Source: Eukaryota sp. TZLM1-RC (taxonomy: Eukaryota > Protista > Metamonada: BaSk clade). From it: 64,000 bases of DNA. Positions 12,201 to 22,739 of this stretch are shown piece after piece. Each line of letters begins with the position of its first letter. Positions within the stretch are counted from its first letter, which is position 1. The translations under genes and the position numbers were made by a program. The stretch is from contig JAUPSS010000003.1 in NCBI GenBank assembly GCA_040285825.1, positions 2,480,001-2,544,000 on the forward strand, written 5' to 3'. Under the pieces are notes generated by a model. That model saw only the letters and a program-made list of their open reading frames with translations. It did not search any database and was not told the origin of the DNA.

Positions 12201-13285
12201 CAGGGATAACTAAAGTGGTAAAGTACTTTAAGCACTTTACTTTACTTTACTTTACTTTAAAGAATCTTTTTTTTGATAAAGTAGAGTCATCATTATTTGG
12301 TTTGACAAACATGTTGTACATTTTAATAGAGAACATTCTATTTACAAAATCCTCTTCAAGTAAGGTAACTTTTCAATTCACCATAAGATAACAAAACCTA
12401 ACATTTATTCAGAAACTCATCAAAAACTGATTGAAAAATTAAGTATGTGGTGGATGAGCACCAACACTCTTCTACTCATGGATCTCAATTACATCTTCAT
12501 CGGATGACACCCCGCTACTTACTTCCAACTCATCAGGTTCATTGGGGACACCTTAGAGGGAGACCTTCACTAAAACAGTACGTTGCAGCCATGTCTTCCA
12601 GCATCTTCGTGTTCAACCGCTCTTGAGTCTTCTTCAAAGTGAGTTGATGAAATGTTCTTTGGACAGTTGGTTGTTGACTGCCTGAAAAGAAGGGATTGTG
12701 AATCGTTGATGGAGTTGATGGATTCTGTGGTGTAGAAGGAGTTGATGGAGTCTGTGGTGTAAAAGGAGTAAGTGGAGAAGGACTTGCAAAGGACGGAAGT
12801 GCTTGTCTAGGAGCTGGACTATTGATACTGGAAGCTCGTCTTTTGCGTTGTCTAGAATGTGTAGCTAGATACACTCGTAAGTCTGCAACCTTCTTACCAT
12901 TGTTACTCTCAGGACACCCTATTTGGTTGCATAACGGTACCTGTCTTTTAGGTAGTAGGTCAGGTACATAATGCCCTTCCATTGCCCATCGGTTGACAGA
13001 ATAGACCTCATCGCATAATAGACATTGAAAGCGCGCACAAGTCTTTGAAACAACTTCGTTGACTTGACAGACATTCGTCCAAGCCTCACAAGGGAGTGAA
13101 GTCATTAACAAAAGAAAATATATAAGAAAAATGAAGTGAGAAAGGGGTGGAGAGTAAAGAAAGAAGCGTTCACTACTTTATACCACTTTAGCCAATTTTA
13201 GAGCTTAAAGCTTAAAGTTTAAAGTAAAGCTTAAAGTAAATAAAGTACTTTAATTTCATTTTTTGGACCACTTTAGTCATCCCTG
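12201..13285 (-). mobile_element. hAT element B, non-autonomous, 1085 bp
   Basis: 19-bp TIRs CAGGGAT(A/G)ACTAAAGTGGT; perfect 8-bp TSD CTTAAAAC (12193-12200, 13286-13293); AAAGT/ACTTT subterminal repeats; internal 190-aa ORF (12539-13111) resembling a truncated transposase N-terminus. Confidence 0.93.
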
Positions 13286-13675
13286 CTTAAAACCATTGAT
13301 CGTTTAACTGTACGAAGATGCTTGAAAACGGTGTCAATTTTTTTAAAATCCTCTGTAACACCATGTTCCAGTGCTTCAAGAGAAAATCGATGTGATGCAC
13401 AGCCAATTAACGGCACACCTAATCTGGATGCAAGACATCTGTTGGTCTCACAATTGTCACCCACTATAAACCACAAGTCATCAATGGAGCGCCCAAAATC
13501 AGACAAAATAGTTTCGATGACATGTAGATGATCCGCAGCACCCAAAAGTGTTTGACCACTGTAGGGGTTGTCTTCACCAAATTCAATATATGTTTCAAAA
13601 GGAACAATACCAAGGAGATGAGGAACTTTCATTTCAGGATACACCACAAAAATACCAACGAACTCTACTCCAGAG

Positions 13676-16600
13676 TAGAGATGGCAATTACTCGAGTAAT
13701 ACTCAAGTAATATCCAGACTACTGAAAAAGTGAGTACAAGTCTTACTCAAAGATCTGAGTAATTTACTTGAGTAGTACTGCTCAGGTGTAGTATAATGAA
13801 AAATAAATTAACAAAAATTTAAAATGGTTTATTTATCATCCAAACTATAACAACTCCATGACTTCAAACTCAAAATTGCCTGTACACTTTCAGCATTCAA
13901 TCTGGTACGTCTTGTGTTAATCAGATTACCTGCACAGGAAGACAGCGATTCTGTTGCAACAGAAGAAGGCTGCACACTAAGAAAGTCCTGCACAAATCGA
14001 TTGCATTTCCCAAAAGGCAAGTGGGTCCGCATGGATATCCTGGATAGGATGAGATCTGTATGCTCTTATCTCATCATCTATGCTACCATATCTTTTCTTC
14101 TTCTTTGGTTTAAGGTGATTCAATAGCCGTCTACGTGGGCTGAGACAATCCAACTCCTCACCTTGGCCACTGACTTCCACTTCTATGGCTTCGTAATGGG
14201 TTTTGAGGTATTGAAACCCGAACATGTTCCAACAGTAAACGTCCCGGAACCTGTAACTAGACAAGACGTTGCTCCGTAGGAAGAACCAACTTCCTCCCAA
14301 CCTATGGAACGTGAAATCTGAGAAGACATAGAGTTGAACGGGCCAGTCGTTGGAGAAACGGCTCCTCCTCAACCCTCAGTAAGAAACTCTTCTTCCGACA
14401 GATCTATGCGTATTGAGGACCTGCAATCCTCAAGAAGAGCTATTGACATGAGCATAGCTAGTAGTCTTCATAGACAGATTGATCCACGGTCTAAGGATAT
14501 CGACTATAAAAGACCTCGATTATCCGCTTATGACCATATCAACAAAATGTCTATCATAGCTTTTCTTTTAAAATACCAAACTTGGGATAAATACGGGCGA
14601 AAGATAGCTAATAGAAGCTTTGAAGCCCCAGGTCAATCAGATTGGACCAGAGCCTTTATGATAGCTACCCAGCTATTTGAAGAAGGTCAAGCAGAAATAA
14701 CCCAAGATAGGATTAAAGATCTCCCCAAACACATACGCGACGAGATCACCAGGGATACAACACAGCCTTTGGTAAGGATTGACCCAGCTATAACAGATAA
14801 GCTCGGACCCCCAATCCACCATTAATTTATTTAGGAGCATGATGATGAGCACTTGCCCTACAGGAATATCCAGCATGATTGACCCTAGCCTTCTATCCAG
14901 ATGGCAAAGTCAAGGTTTACTCGGTGTTGATTATACCGACGCCGACGTCATGGTATTTCTGTTAAAAAGAACACAATTCACATCATATCATGAGGCTTGT
15001 ACAGCTCTAATGAAGCTTAGAATAAACTGGAGAAAAATCCACAATAGGCATGAGGCTGACAACGAGTTTGGTCGTTATGTAGAAGATTCTGGAGACGTCT
15101 TGAGAATGACCACCTACATGACCGACCTAACCATCCCCGATTTAATTAGAGGAAACAGTGGGCTGATAACCATATCTCCCGCTCTAATAGCCGAGTACTT
15201 CCTTATGGGTTTGGATAACTTTGCTATATCGAGCGAACTCCTCCCAGTATGGACTAGGGAATCCTTGTGGGACTCACCGAACAGAACAACTTTTCTCGAT
15301 TTAATATCGACAACGAGAAGACATTTCCTCGCTTGGTGTTACACAGCAGGAAACAAGCCCACAATGGACGTACTAAGGAACAGGGCTAACGAAGAAGATA
15401 TTCCTTTGGGACTCACGGCGATGAGAACTTACTCAAGAGGAGTAACACCATCAGCCCAGGCTCCACCAAAACGAGCAAGACGATCAGGAGGAAAGTCAAG
15501 AGGAACCCCTCAACAGAAATACATCCCTGAAAAGCATGAACGAGAAGGGTCAAAATTCTGTACATTCTGCAGCAACGTCGAAGGTAACAATCCTGTTGGC
15601 CACACTGTATTCGAATGCAAAGACCCTCGTTGTGCTAGAAGCAGAGTTCCCAAAGAAGAAAGATTCAGATTAGGAGAACAGGAGGCGCCTGCTAGTAGAT
15701 GCAGTGTAGCAAGCGGCCGAGGTGGGCGTAGTAGACGTGTACATAGATTCAAATTTAGAGGCCGTGGAGGCCTTCGCAAGATTAGCAGCATTGTCGGTTG
15801 TGATAGACAATACCTTGTTACCAATCCCAATTTCGTGAAGAATCTTTGTTACCATTTGATTTACCTGTTCACCATTGTGTGGATGAGGGAAGATATCAAC
15901 ACTTAGGACAATAGAATGAAACTTAAACTCTTCGACAAAATGACACGTGATACCAAGGTATGGAACACGTTGTCTAGAGGACCATAAATCTAGAGTAATA
16001 TTAACAGCATTGGGGTGCTTAAGCAGCGACATGATTTGGTCTCTGCCACGTGTATACCTCTTCAATATTCTGTTCTTAACAGTGTTGCGACATGGTTGTG
16101 GAATTGTAGGAGAGACAAAGGACAAAAGAGCTCGTAAGGTTGTGGACTCAGCGAATGAGTAGGGCAGTTGGTCTAGAACAATGAAGTCTTCAATGACAGT
16201 GGTAAGATACTGCTCTTGCTGTTCAGAGAGTGGAACATTAAGAGAGGAAGGAACAAGATCAAGTGGATTGCCGTCTAGAGTAGCTTGCTTTTTGTTATCA
16301 GCGGGAAACAGAGAATGGTCAATCTGTAGGTGCTTCTTCAAAGCGTTGTCGGCAGTCTTCGTAGAGAATGTTCTATTGCAACCAGGGAAGGAACATGTCC
16401 GTCTGTGGATCTCCACCCCGTTTTCTATCTGTACGGCCAGTGAGAAATAGGACTTGACCGAGCGCAGTTTTTGTGACTTCCTGCTCTTTGTGTCTGTCAG
16501 TTTCGCTTTAAGTTGACCCAGAAGATCAGTGGGTGGATTAGGACATTTTTTGATTTGATGAGAACCTGATATATGTAGTTCAAGACGGGATTTAGAAGCA

Positions 16601-17247
16601 GTAAAGGTATGTTGGCAGCTTTTGCAGCGATTGGTTCCATGACGTGGACTTCCTTTGTCGTTTCTGGTGGGATGGCTTTCTACATCATAGAAGTCCAATA
16701 TGTCCAACTCCGGAGAGGAGTCTATGTGTTGAATGTTACTCATTTGTGGTGGAGAGTGAACAATGGTGTTGGTGGGGTGAAGAATTAATGTACTATTCTA
16801 CTACTATTTTTATACATTGTGCTTTCTAATACTGACATCAATAATTAATTTTATTAACTTAATAATAATAGTAAAAATTAATTCGAAAAATCGTCGCACT
16901 CGCACTCTGTGCGCACAGAGCGAGTGTGATAAAAAAATCGTCGCACTCGGTAACTTAGGAAATAATACTTTTATTATTGGCGACCCATCAAACAGTTAAA
17001 AACTAATTCAAAAAACAAAAGAAACTAAATTCTTCACACCTACATTCTGTTTGTTGTGTGATTTTGGGGTATTTGACCTGATCTTTCGTCTTTGACAACA
17101 TGTGTCTTCAATTAATACTCAAGTATTACTTGGTGTTTTCAAAAACACAGTATCAGTATTACTCAAAGTGTCAAGTAATTTACTTGAGTATTACTGGAGT
17201 AAAGTCATTACTCAGTATTACTCGAGTAAAGTAATTTGCCATCTCTA
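13676..17247 (-). mobile_element. hAT element C, 3572 bp, transposase centre replaced by a gag segment
   Basis: 12-bp TIRs TAGAGATGGCAA; TSD CTCCAGAG/CTCCAGAT; TACTC(A/G)AGTA subterminal repeats; N-terminal transposase 15770-16743 (BED-like fingers, ITLDLWSS, YLGITCHF, ITTDNAAN); dimerisation domain 13829-14215 (DEIRAY, DPLAFW, PSSVATESLSS). Confidence 0.92.
14220..15770 (+). mobile_element. Gypsy gag segment embedded antisense in hAT C
   Basis: ORFs 14334-14825 and 14839 onward are separated by one frameshift. Knuckle CTFC...GHTVFECKDPRCARSRVP and an RG-rich tail resemble the gag end at ~7700-7860. No LTRs are visible; boundaries are approximate. Confidence 0.7.
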
Positions 17248-17809
17248 CTCCAGATACTCCAGAGCTTCTTTCAAGCCATCCATCCAACACGAGTCCAAAC
17301 TTGTCAGGAATTTGTGTTGAAACAGTCTTAGCAACCTCATTGTACAGAAGTCTAAAATACTTTCGGAGGGTAGGTTCTGAAATTGAGGAAAGAGAGATGT
17401 AGTGTTGAAGGGTCTGGTCGTTGACAAAAGAGAAAGGTCGTTGACCGTTGATGAGGAGTTCGAGCCATCCAAACATGTTTTCGACCTTTCCAACAGTTGG
17501 AAAAGGAAACGGTCGATTGGCCCTTTAGATCTAGTGGATGTGAGCGACTCATCAATAGGAGAATGATGAGCAAGGACATGAGAGGCAGCATTACTGTAAC
17601 CATGTTTGGAGGAGATCCATTGTATATGATCATCGCATTTGATACACTTGTAAGGAGTTCTTTCGGTACTATATTCGGGAAGGTCTGTAGGTGGACTAAT
17701 ATCCTTGGAATCCAATTTTGTGAAGTAGAATAGGACAATCTGTTTGTCTGTAACCTTAGTCATAGAGAAGAGAGATAATGAAATGGATGAAATGGTAAAT
17801 CTTTTGGCC

Positions 17810-19175
17810 TCCGTATGTTCAGAGATAGAGGATCCATGATTAACCTTTTTTTGCCATATTTATATCGCACCAATTCCCTGCATCAACGTTAGCCAGATAA
17901 TTCAGCCAAGCACCGAATGTCTTGCCATACCTGGATCCTTGTATCATCTTCACATGCAGTATTGCGTCAGAGACGGGATCAGGAGTCCCTCGAACTAAGT
18001 AAGAATAAAATGGCATGATAGCGGCACTTCTTCTTGATCGACGAAGATAAGCCTGAACGTTTGATAAGCGGGTTTCATCTCAACGAGATCAGGGTTGGAT
18101 GATTATGGGTAGTACTCGTGAACCTCTCTGACTACCGTCCAATCTACTCCAGCTGTGCTATCTTCTTCATAAATTTTGTCTAGGCCTGGTCTAAACCAGT
18201 CTGGAAGGAGGTGTACGTTCTCGGGTCCATCTAAATAGCCAGAGAAGTCTCGAACATATTCCGTGACCTCCAGCCGCCGGATTCAAAAATGATACATATC
18301 GAGAGTGGCTTTTTCCCCAATGAAATCGAATCTGCCAGCAGGAGGCTTGAACATGATGGATTTGTAGGAGGAGTTTTATGGGGATAGTTTTATTCTGCGT
18401 TCAGCAGGTCTACCCGACAACTCGTTGCTCTCTTGGTCGAGAAGCTCTTTAGAGCCCTTCAGTACTTGTGGGGTGAGGGGAACTTCCCTGAATCCTTTTA
18501 GAGTCTCATTAAGGGTTTGTACCGAAACACAATTCTCCAATGATTGGTACAGGGACGTGTTTGGGGAGAGAGACTTCACAAAGTCTGTTGGCTCCTGTTT
18601 CTCCATCTTTTCTTTTATTAGAACTGCGATGAGCGCTGCTAACTCTGGGCTTGTGATAGCAGGTTTATCCTGTGAAACATTGGCTGTGGACAGGGCTGTG
18701 GTAGCCGTTGGATGGGCGTTTTGGTTGGGAGGGGTTACCTCCGAAAGAGTTAGGTCTGTAGTGGGGTTTCAACCCGAACTCGCATTTGGAGGAGGGAGAC
18801 AAGGATCTCCGCTCGTTATTGTGATAATGGGGTGCTCGCCTGAACAAAATGAATTTGGAATGAGGTGGGTTACACCTGAACTCATTGTTTCTTGAGTGGA
18901 GTGTGGAACACTCGAACTCACATCTTCGCTTGGAGTACTCATTGCATTCGAAATTATGTAGAGAGGAGGGTTAGATTGGTCTCCTCTGAAAGATGTCTGA
19001 CATACCGCAGACATTTTTTGCTGTTTACAGCGCTGTTGCGGTTTGTTGATTGATGTACCTGTAACGCACAATAATTATTGTTGCCGTTAGGCATTATGCT
19101 AGCTGTATGTATGGTTAGGTGTGTTAGTTAAGCTGGGTTAACATAATGATAATTTTATTTAATGTTATTCAATAT
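17810..19175 (-). mobile_element. 5' part of a Gypsy family 1 element (truncated LTR 19079-19175 and decayed gag-like region)
   Basis: tgttgccgttaggca...ttatttaatgttatt aligns with 3675-3770 at roughly 85% by eye. The downstream minus-strand frames are weakly similar to the gag at 14334. Confidence 0.65.
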
Positions 19176-19211
19176 ACATTGTTCAATATACATTGTTCAA
19201 TATACATTGTG
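19167..19211. repeat. 15-bp tandem repeat x3 (ttcaatatacattg unit)
   Basis: Seen directly, at the point where the LTR copy is truncated. Confidence 0.8.
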
Positions 19212-19766
19212 ATGGAGATGATCGAGGAAGTTTTAGAAGATAGTCAACGCAAGTTTTTGTAGAATCGCTCTTTGTTTTAGAAACTATCACAACATCTTTC
19301 AGTGTTCTCTGAACGTTGTTTGTGGTTTCTTGAGTGTTTCTCAAATGGGGAGGTATGTAAGTTATTTGATGAGGAACAAAAATTTGGAAATTTTGTTCGT
19401 ACAATAAAAACAAATCTTGCTCTGCTTCTTTGAGCCTCTACTCAAAAGAAACACGGTCATTGAATAATTTTGGTTCTGATGATAGAGGTGATATATGCTG
19501 TGATTGGATTGAAAACTCTGAGGCTGTTGCGGACTTTGTCTCCTGTTATTTGTAAAAGATAATTTGGTTCAAAGAAGAAAACTTAATCCTGTAGATGCAT
19601 TCGAATTCTATATATTTAGCAAACTTGCACACTTTACAAAATAGACCCATAACTCATGGCACTCAGTTAAACAAGAATAAATAAAAAAGCATTAAATTCA
19701 TGATAAAGTTTATTTACCAAATACTATAACATCAACAAAACAAAAATCAATCCTAATTATTAACCA

Positions 19767-20207
19767 CTAATAATCTACAATTGAGTATTCACTACCCTTA
19801 TAATAAGCCCATATACCAAATACAGTTCCAGAAGGAATTGGTCTGATACTACTCCTTCTATTTAAACTAAAAGTAGCTACTATTTCGGCAGCCTTGAAGT
19901 ATTCAGCAATGTAATAGAGATCAAAAACATTCTGGTTAGTTATCTCCAAAGGCTGGCAATAGAGAGAATTGATGAAGTCTTGGAAAATGGTAACATCAAT
20001 GGGAAGATTGTCAATTTCTATGCGTTGTAGATCTCGGTCAGTGGTGGTGATGGTGAACATTTGATGGAGGTATCGAGAGAAGACAGAGAGAACGTGGCGA
20101 TGAAGAGCTAACTCATGTTCAAGATAGACAAGATTAACATCGAAAAAATCAGTCGTGTGGAAGAGCTTTTCGGCAAATGTAGAGGATGGATACTGGAAGA
20201 TGGCCAT
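19767..20207 (-). pseudogene. BTB/POZ gene with a large internal deletion, keeping a C-terminal tail shared with the TRIM-like gene
   Basis: BTB motifs FFDVNL, LHRHVLSVFSRYLHQMF, FINSLY, ITNQNVFDLYYIAEYF are joined to ATFSLN...PIPSGTVFG....KGSEYSIVDY, nearly identical to 37808-37919 and its 3' UTR. Confidence 0.75.
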
Positions 20208-20269
20208 TGAGATTGGGGTGTATTTTCAAAAATTGAAGTTTTAAATCAATTTGAAAGCTGTTGCAGGCT

Positions 20270-20685
20270 TTATCTCATGTAATGTTACAAATGAAAATTT
20301 GATTCAAAGAAAAAGTTAAATCCTGTAAATGATCTCGAATTTAAAACCCAAGAAAAACATAGAAAATATGACAAAGATATCGAAGAGGCTAATACTGATA
20401 GAAATAGACCACTTGTTTTTATTGCTTTCTCATTTTCAAAAAACGAAAGACTTTGAGTAGAAGAATGAACTTTTTTGAGTGATTTCCAAAAAATGGTTAA
20501 AGAAAAAGTAATGCTCGCGAATTCAGTTTGTCATAATTGATAGATTACCTCGGTTTTTCAATCGAATTAGAGAAGCTGTAGCTAGAGATCAAGTAGTTAA
20601 TAATTCTGTAGATGCAATTTTGGTTCAATGAATTTCATATAATTAGTTATGTGTTTATTTTTTAAAGTGTGGAAGTTCAATAAAT
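20270..20685 (+). mobile_element. 3' fragment of CRE-like non-LTR family 1
   Basis: RLE C-terminal region and 3' end aagtgtggaagttcaataaata. A smaller fragment lies at 19430-19610. Confidence 0.8.
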
Positions 20686-21000
20686 AGAAAACATAGATTT
20701 TGAACAAAATTGGCTTCATTAATTTGTTCTTTAGCCACTGATATATAATCTTAATTCCTCTGGTGTGAATAATTTTTATACATTTGAATCTTTCACTTTG
20801 AAATTCCATTGATTGGTCCCCTTTGGATTGTTGTTGACAAATACAATACTTGTCATTCAATTGATGATCATCTACGAAGTAATCTACAACTGTAATCTAC
20901 ATTGCCAACTTGTCTAAGAATCCTTTGTAGTGGATTAACCTTCGATGGATGGTACTTTACCTTCTGAATTGATTTCTTTAATCTCCAGCCCCAAAATTAT

Positions 21001-21430
21001 GTGGTCGATGCTTTCCGCAATCATTCAATGACAATATTCCAAAAATGAATGTTTTAAATTTGAAGTACACTCTTCGAACATTACAGAAACAATTGACTGG
21101 AATGTATGAAAATGATCTTTTTAATAATATATGCAGCTCGGCTGTTCTAAATCAATATCTTCACTCATTGTTATTGGAAAAGGGTGTTTGTGAAAAAGTC
21201 ATCAGATTCTTCACTTTTTGTAACCATTCTACTGCGAAGATTTGAACTGTGTGCTAATAATGAAGCGTTTGTAACAAAAATGAGATTATATTTGAATATC
21301 CCCATTAATCAATTATTATCAAACAAATAAGGTATTTTCTCGAATTCACCTCGACTCACTTTGCGTCATGGTCTGAATTGTTCTAAATTGATAACTTATC
21401 GTTCTTCATAACATGATGTAGTTTGAATCA
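21001..21430 (+). mobile_element. Internal fragment of CRE-like non-LTR family 1
   Basis: Aligns with 57205-57630. Confidence 0.85.
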
Positions 21431-21589
21431 ATTAGACTGTATCTCTAACAGTTTATACATTTTGTTTAGATTTTGTAATATTATTATTTGTATTGTTTTA
21501 TTCATCATGCACACTTGACAAAATTCTATCCACCTAATAACAAAACTATCCACCTAATAACAATTTCCAAAAACATAATGAACATTCTT

Positions 21590-22547
21590 TATTTATTGAA
21601 TTTGCACACTTAATTAAATTAACTCATAACTACTGGGACGACTATCATTGAACCAAGATTTCCTCTACAAAATCTTGATCTGCTTGCTGTCTAGCTAAAG
21701 CTTCTCTAATTCGATTGAAAAACCGCGGTAATCTATTATTAAACCGCGGTAATGGCCAATTGAATCCGTGAACGCCATAAAAAAATATCAAATCTTTTCA
21801 TTGTTTTTTCTTGCACCATTTTTTGGAAGTCATCCAAACAAGTTTCTGCTTCAACTGATAATCTTCCATTTATCGAAAATGGGAAAGCAATAAAAGCCAG
21901 CTGTGTATTTCTATCGACATTTGCCTCTTCAATATCTTTATCATATTTTCTATGTTTCTCTTTTGCTTTAAAATCCAGAGCAGCCACAGGATTAAGTTTT
22001 CTTCTGTGAACCAAAGTATCATTTGCAACATTACATGAGACAAAGTCAACAATAGCGTCAGAATGATCAATCCAATCACAGTATACATCACCTCTATCAT
22101 CAGAACCAAAATTATTCAGAGAAAGTGTTTCCTTCAGCAGGGGCTCTTTGATACACGATATCCTTGCAGTTTGTGCCATATTGAAAACAGTCTCTCTAAC
22201 AGCATCATGTAATGAAGAACGATAAGTTATCAATTTAGAGCAATTCAGAGCATGGCGCAAAGTGAGTTGAGGTGAATTCGAACAAATACATTTTTCTTTT
22301 GATAATAATTGGTTAATGGGGATGTTCAAATATAATCTCATTTTTGTTACAAATGCTTCATTAGTGGCACACAATCCAAATCTTCGTGGTACAATGGTTA
22401 CAAAAAGTGAAGAATCTGACGACTTGTTTTCACAAACACACTTTTCCAATAACAATGAGTGAAGATCTTGATTTAAAACAGACGAGCTACATATATTATT
22501 ATAAAGATCATTTTCATACAGTACAGTCAATGGTTTCTGTAATGTTC
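21590..22547 (-). mobile_element. 5'-truncated CRE-like non-LTR family 1 copy (CCHC and RLE)
   Basis: CICSNSPQLTLRHALNC, HDAVRE, KEP, DDRGDV, VDFV, KHRKY, FPFSINGR; conserved 3' end. Confidence 0.92.
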
Positions 22548-22739
22548 TTCTATCTCCAATCCCCGAAATTAGTAACATTACTTTCACCATCAGCTTTTGC
22601 TGTGTCTAATCCAGTTGGCATCATTTTTTTGTATAGTTATTTATTTGAATAGAGTGTGGCGTCCATAGAGAGTGTTGGCAAATTGAACCTTGTTTTCAGA
22701 AACTAATTGACATCTTCCTAATTTAGAATTACTTGAGTA

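Larger units (their letters stand above)
11263..17800 (-). mobile_element. hAT element A (outer), transposase split by two insertions
   Basis: Pieces 17245-17763 (BED-like CIKC...H..H), 17180-17476 (LVLDGW), 13273-13647 (VGDNCETN, GCASHRF) and 11475-12179 (WIPATSNDVERLFS). The frame rejoins across insertion B as SMVLR/TRTSMKP. Possible terminus TAGAGGTG at 11263; the other terminus was not found. Confidence 0.85.

Noticed and set aside
14800-14840. Programmed frameshift between the two gag ORFs
   Set aside because: No recognisable slippery site or stimulator; a single-base indel in a C run is simpler.
22550-22625. Possible C/D snoRNA or a gene start (MMPTGLDT...) fused to a LINE 5' end
   Set aside because: The C box is imperfect, there is no terminal D box or stem, and the frame stops after 24 codons.
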